This document shows positions 7,877-15,540 of a stretch of DNA of 22,492 bases, piece by piece (the first letter of the stretch is position 1; every line of letters starts with the position of its first letter). Location of the stretch: assembly GCA_040752415.1 (NCBI GenBank), contig JBFMGU010000174.1, forward strand, positions 1 through 22,492, in the 5' to 3' direction. The position numbers and the translations under genes are program-made. The notes beneath the pieces were generated by a model that saw only the letters and a list, made by a program, of their open reading frames with translations, was not told where the DNA came from and did not search any database. The DNA is from Myxococcota bacterium. GTDB taxonomy: Bacteria; Myxococcota; JACRCW01.

Positions 7877-8395
7877 TCACCGCGCCAGCACGGCGTCCGC
7901 GAGCTCATCCGCCAGGGCCACGCACGCGCGCTCCAGCGCCAACCGACGCATGTCCTCCGTCTGGCTGACGCTGTCCGCCACGACGAGCTCCGCGCTCCCC
8001 GTGCGGTCCCCGCTCTCCCAGATCACGTTGCCATTCGCGTCGCGCAGCCGCGCCTTGCCGCGCACGCGCAACACGCTCAGGCCCGCCGCGGTCCCGCCGG
8101 GACGGAACACCGGGATGTTGCCGCCTTCAATCGCCACGATGTCGCCCTCGAGGCGGAAGTCCGTCTTCGACGAGGGAAGCGGGTGGCCCAGGCGTTGTCG
8201 CAGCCGCTCGGTCACCATGGCGCCCGCAATGCCTTCCGCGGTTCGGTCCGTCAGCGGTGACACGAAGATGGACGGCGTGTCGTGCTCCGGGGAGCCGCCG
8301 CCGTAGGTGAACGCATACGCGCAACCGCCGGCCGCCAAGAGCACCAGCAGCGCCAGCCTCGTCCAAACACGTTTCCCACGGCTCCGCGCGTCCAT
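7877..8395 (-). CDS. lptE: LptE-like LPS-assembly lipoprotein (172 aa; the real part of the 877-aa track ORF)
   Basis: MDARSRGKRVWTRLALLVLLAAGG-CAYAF lipobox resembles the LptE GCGY/F start. SIFVSPLTDRT, DFRLEGDI, LRDANGNVIW and a C-terminal helix RRLALERACVALADEL match the LptE pattern. Confidence 0.7.
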   Translation of the reverse strand: MDARSRGKRVWTRLALLVLLAAGGCAYAFTYGGGSPEHDTPSIFVSPLTDRTAEGIAGAMVTERLRQRLGHPLPSSKTDFRLEGDIVAIEGGNIPVFRPGGTAAGLSVLRVRGKARLRDANGNVIWESGDRTGSAELVVADSVSQTEDMRRLALERACVALADELADAVLAR

Positions 8396-8542
8396 GCGTT
8401 GCGCGCCTGTAGCACCCCGCGCGCGCTCCGCGCACCGGTGTTTCCCGGCGTCCCTCGGAATTCTGAGGTTTTCCGCGACCCGCAAGCGCCTGTTCTCACT
8501 GCCACAATCCGCTGGCAGGGGAGTTGCTTGAGGGGGCCGCGC

Positions 8543-11134
8543 ATGCGTTGCCTCTTCGTGCCGCTGTTGGCCGTGTTGTGCGTGGGATGCCTCGGTGAGG
8601 AACCCGAGCTGGGTCGCGTGGCCCACCGGGTGTGGTCGGAGCCGGAGCACCTCCGCTTCGACGACACACGCGTGGGAACCCACCGTTCCGCGGTGTTGAC
8701 GCTGCGCAGCGAGGGAGCGGGCGCGTTGCACCTGGGACTGCGTGTGGAGCCCGCGGATTCCGCGTTTGGCGTGGACCGCACCAGCGCCACCGTCACCGCC
8801 GGTCAGGCGGCACAGGTCACCGTGAGCTTCCTGGCGGCGGTGGAAGGGCCGTTCCACGGCGAGCTGGTGGTCACCCATGACGGTGAACCTGACGACGACG
8901 GGAGCCGCGAGGTGCGCGTGCCACTCTCCGCGCTCGCCGTTGCGCCGCCCGACTGCGACGACGGAAACCCCTGCACGCTGGACCAGCCCGACCCGGTGCT
9001 CGAGGGCGTGTGCCTCCACGTCCCCATCCGCGCCGCCTGTGACGACGGAAACGCGTGCACCCACGACGACACGTGCGAAGCGGGATTGTGCGTGGGGCTC
9101 CCCATCAGCTGCAATGACGACGTCGCTTGCACCGCCGACAGCTGCGACCCCGGCCTTGGCTGTGTGCACCTCCCCACCGCCGCGCTGTGCGACGACGGTG
9201 ATCCATGCACCCAGGACGCGTGCACCGGTGACGACGGAGATGAACGCGGGTGCATCCATCCCGTGGCCGTGGATGGCACGCTGTGCGGCGTTCCCTCGTG
9301 CGCGGAGATGCCGGTGTGCGTCATGGGCCAGTGCCACGCCATGCCCGCGCCCGACGGGTTCCCGTGCGAGGACGGCGACCCGTGCACCCAGGGTGACTCC
9401 TGCCACGCGGGGAGCTGTACCGCCGGTGCCGGGGGCGCGTTGACGACGAGCGAACCGGTGGTACTGCAGGAAGTCTGGGTTGACGACGCCGAGACCCCGC
9501 CGCCGCTCGACGCCGGCATCGGCGCGGGGATGGCGCAGGAGGACGCGGGAGCGGAACGTCGGCATGATGAGGAGAGTCCCGACGCAGGCGCCGCGACGTC
9601 GGTGGTCTACGTCCCGGACCAGCCGCTCTGGGGCCAATGGCCCGTGTCCCTCGACGGAATGGCCATGTTGTGGCGCGATGCCATCAATCCCAATGGCGAC
9701 GAGATGCTCGTGTTGTGGCGGGGCTCGTCGTACCCGGGCGGATGTCTCTCCGATCCCGCGGCGTGCACCGTTGCGCCGGCGTGCGCCCCCAACACCCTCC
9801 AGGCCACCGACACCGCCACCCGCCTCAACCTCACCCTCACCACCACGTCGGGCATGGCCACCAACAACCACACTCTGGACCTGGATGACATCCATCGCCG
9901 CTCCGCCGGCGCGGGGAACCCGGAGTCGCCACCAGCGCCAGGGTCCGTGGCGAATGCCGCGGGCGTGGCGACGGTGGAAGGGATGGTGGGCGCGGCGATC
10001 GTCAACTACGCGAGCAACTGCACCGCGTGCACCACCAATGACATCACGGATGGAACCATCGGCTGCACCCCAGAGGGACCCGCGTTGGCGGTGTTCCGCG
10101 CGTGGCCCAGTGGATTCAACGTCGAGGACGCCCTGTGGCTGGGCGGTGGGCCGGAGGCGGTGCTGCTCCCGAACCTGGTGCGGGGACGGGATGGCCTGCC
10201 GCTTCTCGCCGTCACGGAGTGGAACCGGGAGCTCTTTGTGGCGTACGCGCTGCACCTGCCGGGTTCCTGCGTGACGCCAGACTGCGACTGCAACCTCGAC
10301 TGCGATGACTGCTGCGACGAGCCCTGCCCCTGCCAGGACAACATCACGCTCGTGGTGCGGCGGTACCTGCTCGACGCCAGTGAGGCGTCGATGCCGCGCA
10401 TGCTCTTCGCCGCGGAACAGCACGTGGTCGTCTCGTTCCAGGAGAGGCCGGACGCGGAGGCCGGGTTCCTCTCGTCGCTGCGCATGGACCACGTGGATGG
10501 ACGGCTGCACCTCACGTGGCTGCAGGACTCCGAGGTGATCCCCCAGATGCCCGAGTGTGAGCCCAGTGGGATCTATCCGTATGCCGCCACCATGAGCGCG
10601 TATGACGCCTGGGTCTCGACGGCGGATGACAGTGGCGTGCTGGGAGCGCCGTCGCTGTTGCGCTCCCGCGTGGGAGCGGTGGGATACGCGCAGGATGCCG
10701 GTGGAACCGCGATCCTGGAGTGGAGCCGCGTGGGCGTGGGGGACTTCATCTGCGCACCCATCGACACGCTCGTCGCCACGCGCGGGGAGGATGGCGAAGA
10801 GCTCATGCAGCGCGTGGGGCCGGGGGAACAGAACCTGACGGCGGCGCGGGCGCAGATGCTCCTGGGAAGGGCCACGCTGCTGGCGGTGGATGCCAGGGGA
10901 ACACTTGCCGTGGCGGCCGCGCCCGCGGCGGGATTCCCGGCAACCGTGGCCACCGGAGGATGGAACGGGGAGGCGAACGCAAGGTTGTGGCCGGGCGCGG
11001 CGCCGCGCGGAGTCGACGTCAGCGTCGGAGCCGTGGTGGGCGCGGTGGCGGAGATTGGGATCTGGAACAACGCGATGCCGCGCTCAGGACTCGTGATCAC
11101 CCAGGTGGGGTGCGGACTGGGGAACGAACCGTGA
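8543..11134 (+). CDS. Large surface lipoprotein: Ig-like (ASH/choice-of-anchor D-like) domain, CDDGNxCTxD Cys-rich repeats, DAG linker, uncharacterised C-terminal region
   Basis: GAGGGG RBS before ATG 8543. Signal MRCLFVPLLAVLCVG-C. P.HLRFDDTRVG...LTLRS.G...L pattern. Five CDDG(N/D)xCTxD-like repeats at about 8954-9418. Confidence 0.85.
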   Translation: MRCLFVPLLAVLCVGCLGEEPELGRVAHRVWSEPEHLRFDDTRVGTHRSAVLTLRSEGAGALHLGLRVEPADSAFGVDRTSATVTAGQAAQVTVSFLAAVEGPFHGELVVTHDGEPDDDGSREVRVPLSALAVAPPDCDDGNPCTLDQPDPVLEGVCLHVPIRAACDDGNACTHDDTCEAGLCVGLPISCNDDVACTADSCDPGLGCVHLPTAALCDDGDPCTQDACTGDDGDERGCIHPVAVDGTLCGVPSCAEMPVCVMGQCHAMPAPDGFPCEDGDPCTQGDSCHAGSCTAGAGGALTTSEPVVLQEVWVDDAETPPPLDAGIGAGMAQEDAGAERRHDEESPDAGAATSVVYVPDQPLWGQWPVSLDGMAMLWRDAINPNGDEMLVLWRGSSYPGGCLSDPAACTVAPACAPNTLQATDTATRLNLTLTTTSGMATNNHTLDLDDIHRRSAGAGNPESPPAPGSVANAAGVATVEGMVGAAIVNYASNCTACTTNDITDGTIGCTPEGPALAVFRAWPSGFNVEDALWLGGGPEAVLLPNLVRGRDGLPLLAVTEWNRELFVAYALHLPGSCVTPDCDCNLDCDDCCDEPCPCQDNITLVVRRYLLDASEASMPRMLFAAEQHVVVSFQERPDAEAGFLSSLRMDHVDGRLHLTWLQDSEVIPQMPECEPSGIYPYAATMSAYDAWVSTADDSGVLGAPSLLRSRVGAVGYAQDAGGTAILEWSRVGVGDFICAPIDTLVATRGEDGEELMQRVGPGEQNLTAARAQMLLGRATLLAVDARGTLAVAAAPAAGFPATVATGGWNGEANARLWPGAAPRGVDVSVGAVVGAVAEIGIWNNAMPRSGLVITQVGCGLGNEP

Positions 11135-11145
11135 GGCGGTGATGA

Positions 11146-11273
11146 CCGAGGGAAAGCGGTACTTCATACCGCAGTCCGAAAGGGCTGGCGCCCGTGGCGA
11201 CGACGGAAACAGCGTCACCCGAGCCAAAGCGGTATTGCAGACCGCACTCCCAAAGGGCTGGCGCCCGCGGCGA
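11146..11273. repeat. Tandem pair of 55-bp REP-like double-hairpin units between convergent genes
   Basis: 11146-11200 and 11219-11273 are 47/55 identical. Each has GCGGT-N7-ACCGC and GGGC-TGGC-GCCC stems. On the minus strand each stem is followed by TTT. Confidence 0.85.
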
Positions 11274-11276
11274 ACG

Positions 11277-12473
11277 TCAGGGAAGACAGACGCGCGGACC
11301 AAAAGGCAGTGTCTGGTCCACCGCAATCCCCAGCGTCATCTCGTCGCGGTGCGTGGTGCCCATGTAGAAATGCGTCTCCTCGGGCGTACCGCCAATCGCG
11401 TTCAAGTCACCAGGACCCGTCTCATAACCCGCGGCCACGACGACGGCGCGGGAACCGCCACTCGGATCACGCACGATCATTCGCGTCCCACGCGCCGGAC
11501 GCGCCGCGCTCGTCCAGTACATGTTCACGTACCAGGCCTCGTGCAACACCGGGAACAACGTGGGACTCCCAATCCCCGCACCGTAGAAGTCCCCGCCCTC
11601 CAACGGCGCCCAGTCCTGCGTCCGGTGCATCACCAACCCGCTCCGTGACTGCGACAACGCATAGTGCTCCGCCAGCTCCTCCGTCGACGTGCTGGGGTAC
11701 GGCTCCGGCTCCTCCTGCGTCACCAGGTGCGCCTCCAACACCATCGGCCCCGTCGCCGGCATGGCCAGGTGATCACCGTTGTCGTTCACCCGCGGCATCT
11801 CCCCCACCTCCACCTCACACGGCCCGCGCGAAGGCTCCATGAACCCGATCTCGACGGTGAACGCCCCCACCTGCTCCACCCCGCCACTCACGTACGTGTC
11901 CGCCACCACCCACAACGTCCCCGCGCTGACGTCGGCGCGCGCGTGCTTGTCGCCGCGGTCCAGGCACGCCTGAGCATCCAGGTCCGTCAGGATGTGCACG
12001 TCCACGTCGACACCCGTGCCGTCGTACACCGCCACGCTCAGGAAGCCGTCCGCCGGAACGTCGACGCGGAACACCACCTCCGGACCACCCTCGTTCGTGT
12101 TGGGCGCGCAGTTGTACGCGTCCAGCGTGCCGGGAGGCTCCAGGCTCGTGTCGCCCTCGTGGTGGTACGGGAAGGTGTCCACGCAGATGACGCCCGGCGG
12201 ACATTCCGGAGGACCCGCGTCGACCGAGGCGTCGGGCTCACCGGTGCTGGCGTCGGGGACCGCAGCGTCCGGTGACGTCGTGGCGTCGGGCAGCGCGGCA
12301 TCAGGCACTCCCGCATCCGTGGGCAGCGTGCCGGCGTCCGACGTGCTGGCGTCGGGGCGCGCGCCTGCGTCCGTGGTCCCGGCGTCATCTCCCGACGAGG
12401 ACGCGCCCGTGCATGCGGAAACGACGAGAACAGCGAGAACGAAGGCGGTCCGAAGCTCCATGCGCCACGCCAT
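11277..12473 (-). CDS. Lipoprotein with DAG/PDA low-complexity linker, PPC-like beta-sandwich and uncharacterised (possibly DPBB-like) C-terminal domain
   Basis: Lipobox VLVVSA-C. Ten DA(G/S/A/T) units. GPEVVFRVDVPADGFLSV..DVDVHIL..C pattern. Start is ATG 12473 or 12461. Confidence 0.85.
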   Translation of the reverse strand: MAWRMELRTAFVLAVLVVSACTGASSSGDDAGTTDAGARPDASTSDAGTLPTDAGVPDAALPDATTSPDAAVPDASTGEPDASVDAGPPECPPGVICVDTFPYHHEGDTSLEPPGTLDAYNCAPNTNEGGPEVVFRVDVPADGFLSVAVYDGTGVDVDVHILTDLDAQACLDRGDKHARADVSAGTLWVVADTYVSGGVEQVGAFTVEIGFMEPSRGPCEVEVGEMPRVNDNGDHLAMPATGPMVLEAHLVTQEEPEPYPSTSTEELAEHYALSQSRSGLVMHRTQDWAPLEGGDFYGAGIGSPTLFPVLHEAWYVNMYWTSAARPARGTRMIVRDPSGGSRAVVVAAGYETGPGDLNAIGGTPEETHFYMGTTHRDEMTLGIAVDQTLPFGPRVCLP

Positions 12474-12494
12474 ACCGCGCCACGCAGCGACGAG

Positions 12495-13274
12495 CTATCG
12501 GTCTTCCCACCTGGGCGGACGACGCTCGAAGAACGCGGCCACCGCCTCCGCGTGGTCACGACTGCCCCAGCTGGTGGCAAACAGACGCGCCTGCAGCTCC
12601 ATGCGTGGCGGCGGAGACAGCTCGCGCATGGTGCGCTTGAGCATCCGCACCGCAATGGGCGCGTTCTCCGCAATCTGCGCCGCCAGCTCCCGCGCCCGCG
12701 CCAGCCCCTGCCCCTTCTCCACCACCTCGTCGACGAGGCCGGCCTCCCGCGCCTGCTCCGCGCTGAGCTGCTCACGGAAGAGCAACATGCGCATGGCGCG
12801 ACGCTCCCCCACGTCACGCACCAGCCGGGCAAACGCTCCCCACCCCGCAATCACGCCAAACTGCAGCTGCTTCCACGCCAGGTACGCGTGGCTCTCCGCA
12901 ACCCGGATGTCCGTGGCCATGAACGCCTCACAGCCGCCGCCCATGGCATAGCCGTTCAGCACGCCGATGACGGGGACGGAGAGGTCCTCCAAGGCGGCCA
13001 ACGCCTCCTGCATCTTGAGACTCATGGCGCGACCACTCTCCGCGGAATCCAGCGCCTGGAACGCCTTGAGGTCACCACCCGCGCAGAAGGCCTCCTCGCC
13101 CGCGCCGGTGAAGATGACCGCGCGCACGTCCTTGTCGTCGGCCAGCTTGTCCACGGCGGCGCGCAGCGCGTCCATGGTGGCCAGGTCCACCGCGTTCTTC
13201 ACGTCGGGGCGGTTGAGGATCAGGAGCGCCGCGGGGCCCTCCTTCTGCAACAGCACACTGCTCATCTCAGTCAC
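12495..13274 (-). CDS. Crotonase-superfamily enzyme (enoyl-CoA hydratase/isomerase family, ECHDC1-like)
   Basis: LNRPDVKNA, AFCAGGDL, NGYAMGGGCE, DIRVA, AEQAREAGLVDEVV. The second catalytic Glu position is Gln (WKQLQFG). Start is GTG 13274 (8-nt overlap with the upstream gene) or ATG 13265. Confidence 0.93.
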   Translation of the reverse strand: MTEMSSVLLQKEGPAALLILNRPDVKNAVDLATMDALRAAVDKLADDKDVRAVIFTGAGEEAFCAGGDLKAFQALDSAESGRAMSLKMQEALAALEDLSVPVIGVLNGYAMGGGCEAFMATDIRVAESHAYLAWKQLQFGVIAGWGAFARLVRDVGERRAMRMLLFREQLSAEQAREAGLVDEVVEKGQGLARARELAAQIAENAPIAVRMLKRTMRELSPPPRMELQARLFATSWGSRDHAEAVAAFFERRPPRWEDR

Positions 13275-13932
13275 CCAGGTGCTTCGGGTACACGCGCTTG
13301 CCGCCGCTCTCGTAGCTCAGCAGCCGCAGGTGCCATTGCTCGATGCTCTTCTTCCCCGGCGTATGCACCCACGCCACGCGCTCCACCATCCCAACGCCCT
13401 TGCAGAAGGTCACGTCGGTCACCTTGCTCTCGTCGTGGGGCAGCTTGATGGTGCTGCGCGTCTGCGCGCACCCGGTGAAGCGGCCCGCCGGCACGTCCGC
13501 CTGCGCGTCCAGGGAGATGAGCTCAAAGCGCTCCGCGGTCTTGACGTCGTGGATGGCCATCCACTTGTGGCCCACCTCCATGGGCTCCTCCAGCAGGTAG
13601 CGCGTCCCGTCAAAGATGCCGCGCGGCCGCACCTCGAAGCGCGCCTCCAGCGGCTTGTAGCGTTTCCCGTCGGAGACCATGGGCAGCATCTGCGCCACGT
13701 AACGACCCGGCGCCTCCTCGCGCGCAATGGCCACCTGGTAGGTCTGCTTGCGGCCCAGGAACGCGTCCTCGTAGACCCAGCGGTCACCCACCTTCAGCGG
13801 GAAATACAGGCTGCTCAGCCGTTCCGAGGTTGCCGCACGTCGGGAGGTGCTCTTGCCACCCGCGCACGCGCCCGCCGTCACCGCCAGCCAGGGCACCAAC
13901 ACCAGACACACCGCCACGCCGGAAAAGCGCAT
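13267..13932 (-). CDS. Hypothetical beta-rich lipoprotein (YFPLxxGxxWxY ... VPAGxF family, DUF3108/TapB-like)
   Basis: Signal MRFSGVAVCLVLVPWLAVTAGA-C. Motifs YFPLKVGDRWVY, DVPAGRFTGC, FCKGVGMV. Tightly coupled to the crotonase gene. Confidence 0.75.
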   Translation of the reverse strand: MRFSGVAVCLVLVPWLAVTAGACAGGKSTSRRAATSERLSSLYFPLKVGDRWVYEDAFLGRKQTYQVAIAREEAPGRYVAQMLPMVSDGKRYKPLEARFEVRPRGIFDGTRYLLEEPMEVGHKWMAIHDVKTAERFELISLDAQADVPAGRFTGCAQTRSTIKLPHDESKVTDVTFCKGVGMVERVAWVHTPGKKSIEQWHLRLLSYESGGKRVYPKHLGD

Positions 13933-13999
13933 GACGCTACGTGTATCAGGTGGCCCCACCCGATGCCCAAAGAATGACTGAGATCAACCGGGTTGACAT

Positions 14000-14926
14000 T
14001 CAGGCCGCGGCGCCCTTGGGCTTCCACGCGCCGGCCTGCGCATACTTGCTGGGCAGCGTGCGCCCCAGGATGCGACCCATGGTGCGGGTCACCGCGGCCA
14101 CCTTCTCCACGTCGACGCCGGTGTGCAGGCCCATGCCGTCCAGCATGTAGACCAGGTCCTCGGTGGCGAGGTTGCCGGAAGCGCCCGGAGCGTACGGGCA
14201 GCCGCCCAGGCCACCGGCCGCGCTGTCAAAGGCGCGCACGCCGGCCTCCAGCCCGGCCAGGGCGTTGGCCAGCGCGGTGCCGCGGGTGTCATGCAGGTGC
14301 AGCGCCACGCGGTCCAGCGGGATGCGCTTCTGCACGGCCTGGAGCACCTCCCGGATCTGGCGCGGCGTTCCGACGCCAATCGTGTCGCCCAGGCTGATCT
14401 GGTACGCGCCCAGCTCGGTGAGCTGCGCCGCCAGGTCCGCAATGCGGCCGGGGTCCTGCCGTCCCTCGTACGGGCAGCCGAACGCGGTGCTGACGTAGGC
14501 GCGGAAGCGGACCCCGTCGGCCCTGGCCTTGCGACACAGCTCCCCGTAGCGGTCCAGCGTCTCCTGCACGGACGCGTTGATGTTCTTCTTGTTGTGCGTC
14601 TCCGACGACGAGAGGACCAGCGCCACCTCCCGCATCCCCGCCGCCACGGCGTTCTCATAGCCCTTGAGGTTGGGAACCAGCGCCGCGTAGTCCACGCCTT
14701 CCTTGCGCCTGATGCCGCGGGCCACCTCGGCCTGGTCAGCGAGGGGCGGAATCCAGCGCGGGTTGACGAAGCTGGTGATCTCGATGCGGGTGATTCCCGC
14801 GTCCACCAGCGACTCGATCATGGCGATCTTGGCCTCGGTCTCGACGAGCGAAGCCTCGTTCTGGAGCCCGTCGCGCGGGCCCACCTCCATGATGCTGACG
14901 TGGTTGTCGTTGTTGCTGGCGGCCAT
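14000..14926 (-). CDS. hmgL: Hydroxymethylglutaryl-CoA lyase
   Basis: EVGPRDGLQNE, SFVNPRWIP, FGCPYEG, ISLGDTIG, LHLHDTRG, GGLGGCPYAPGASGNLATED. ATG 14926 after AGGTG is preferred to GTG 14983. Confidence 0.95.
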   Translation of the reverse strand: MAASNNDNHVSIMEVGPRDGLQNEASLVETEAKIAMIESLVDAGITRIEITSFVNPRWIPPLADQAEVARGIRRKEGVDYAALVPNLKGYENAVAAGMREVALVLSSSETHNKKNINASVQETLDRYGELCRKARADGVRFRAYVSTAFGCPYEGRQDPGRIADLAAQLTELGAYQISLGDTIGVGTPRQIREVLQAVQKRIPLDRVALHLHDTRGTALANALAGLEAGVRAFDSAAGGLGGCPYAPGASGNLATEDLVYMLDGMGLHTGVDVEKVAAVTRTMGRILGRTLPSKYAQAGAWKPKGAAA

Positions 14927-15040
14927 CTGGCACCTGACGCCCCGCGGCGGGCTCCTCCGCCTACGTTCTAGCGGGAGCGTCACGCTTTGGCATGCCCCCG
15001 GCTACCGGGCTTTCGTGACGGGTGCGGTGGACCCGACCGG

Positions 15041-15448
15041 TCAGGCGGCCTTGCGACCCACGTGGCTGCGGACCCAGTCGATGATCTCCTGGGTGCTGGC
15101 GCCCGGGGTGAAGATCTCGGAGACGCCGCGCTTCTTGAGCTCGGCAATGTCCTCCTCCGGGATGATGCCCCCGCCGAACACGAGGATGTCGGGGGCGTTC
15201 TTGTCCTTGAGGAGGTCAATGACGCGGGGCATCAGCGTCATGTGCGCGCCGCTCATGATGGAGAGGCCAATGGCGTCGACGTCTTCCTGGATGGCGGCGT
15301 TGACGATCATCTCGGGCGTCTGGTGCAGGCCGGTGTAGATGACCTCGAAGCCGGCATCCCGGAGGGCACGCGCCACCACCTTGGCCCCGCGGTCATGACC
15401 GTCCAGGCCGGGTTTGCCAATGAGAACGCGGATGGTTCGCTCAGCCAC
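15041..15448 (-). CDS. Stand-alone cobalamin-binding subunit of an acyl-CoA mutase (methylmalonyl-CoA mutase C-terminal/IcmB-like)
   Basis: [10 protein letters not shown] (DxHxxG), [25 protein letters not shown]. 135 aa with a GAGGA RBS. Confidence 0.95.
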   Translation of the reverse strand: MAERTIRVLIGKPGLDGHDRGAKVVARALRDAGFEVIYTGLHQTPEMIVNAAIQEDVDAIGLSIMSGAHMTLMPRVIDLLKDKNAPDILVFGGGIIPEEDIAELKKRGVSEIFTPGASTQEIIDWVRSHVGRKAA

Positions 15449-15527
15449 GACTTCCTCTTCTCGAAGCGGTTTCGGCCCGGTCTTCTCGCACAGGGGCCGT
15501 GTGCAAGTCCAACGCCCCGGGATGGCC

Positions 15528-15533
15528 TACACT
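15528..15533 (+). promoter_or_regulatory. Possible -10 box (TACACT) of a leaderless transcript
   Basis: TAnnnT hexamer ends 7 nt before ATG 15541 and no Shine-Dalgarno is visible. Confidence 0.3.
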
Positions 15534-15540
15534 CGCGCGC

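Noticed and set aside
7511..7880. Near-identical small ORFs on opposite strands (RASTEGAASEQ...)
   Set aside because: Their similarity is a by-product of the inverted repeat. No transposase or toxin features.
8396..10510. N-terminal ~705 aa of the 877-aa minus ORF
   Set aside because: Antisense to the Cys-rich lipoprotein. Only the portion from ATG 8395 has protein-like features.
11139..11180. Hammerhead-like string GTGATGA-CCGAGG-GAAA-stem
   Set aside because: The core should be CUGAUGA and stem III should be followed by UH. Here it is GUGAUGA and AG, and stem II is too short.
11146..11273. Mini-CRISPR interpretation of the tandem repeat
   Set aside because: Only two degenerate 55-bp units with an 18-bp gap, and no cas genes.
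14997..15013. Hairpin CCCGG-CTA-CCGGG followed by CTTT
   Set aside because: The T-run is short and on the plus strand while the flanking genes are minus-strand, so it is not a credible terminator.
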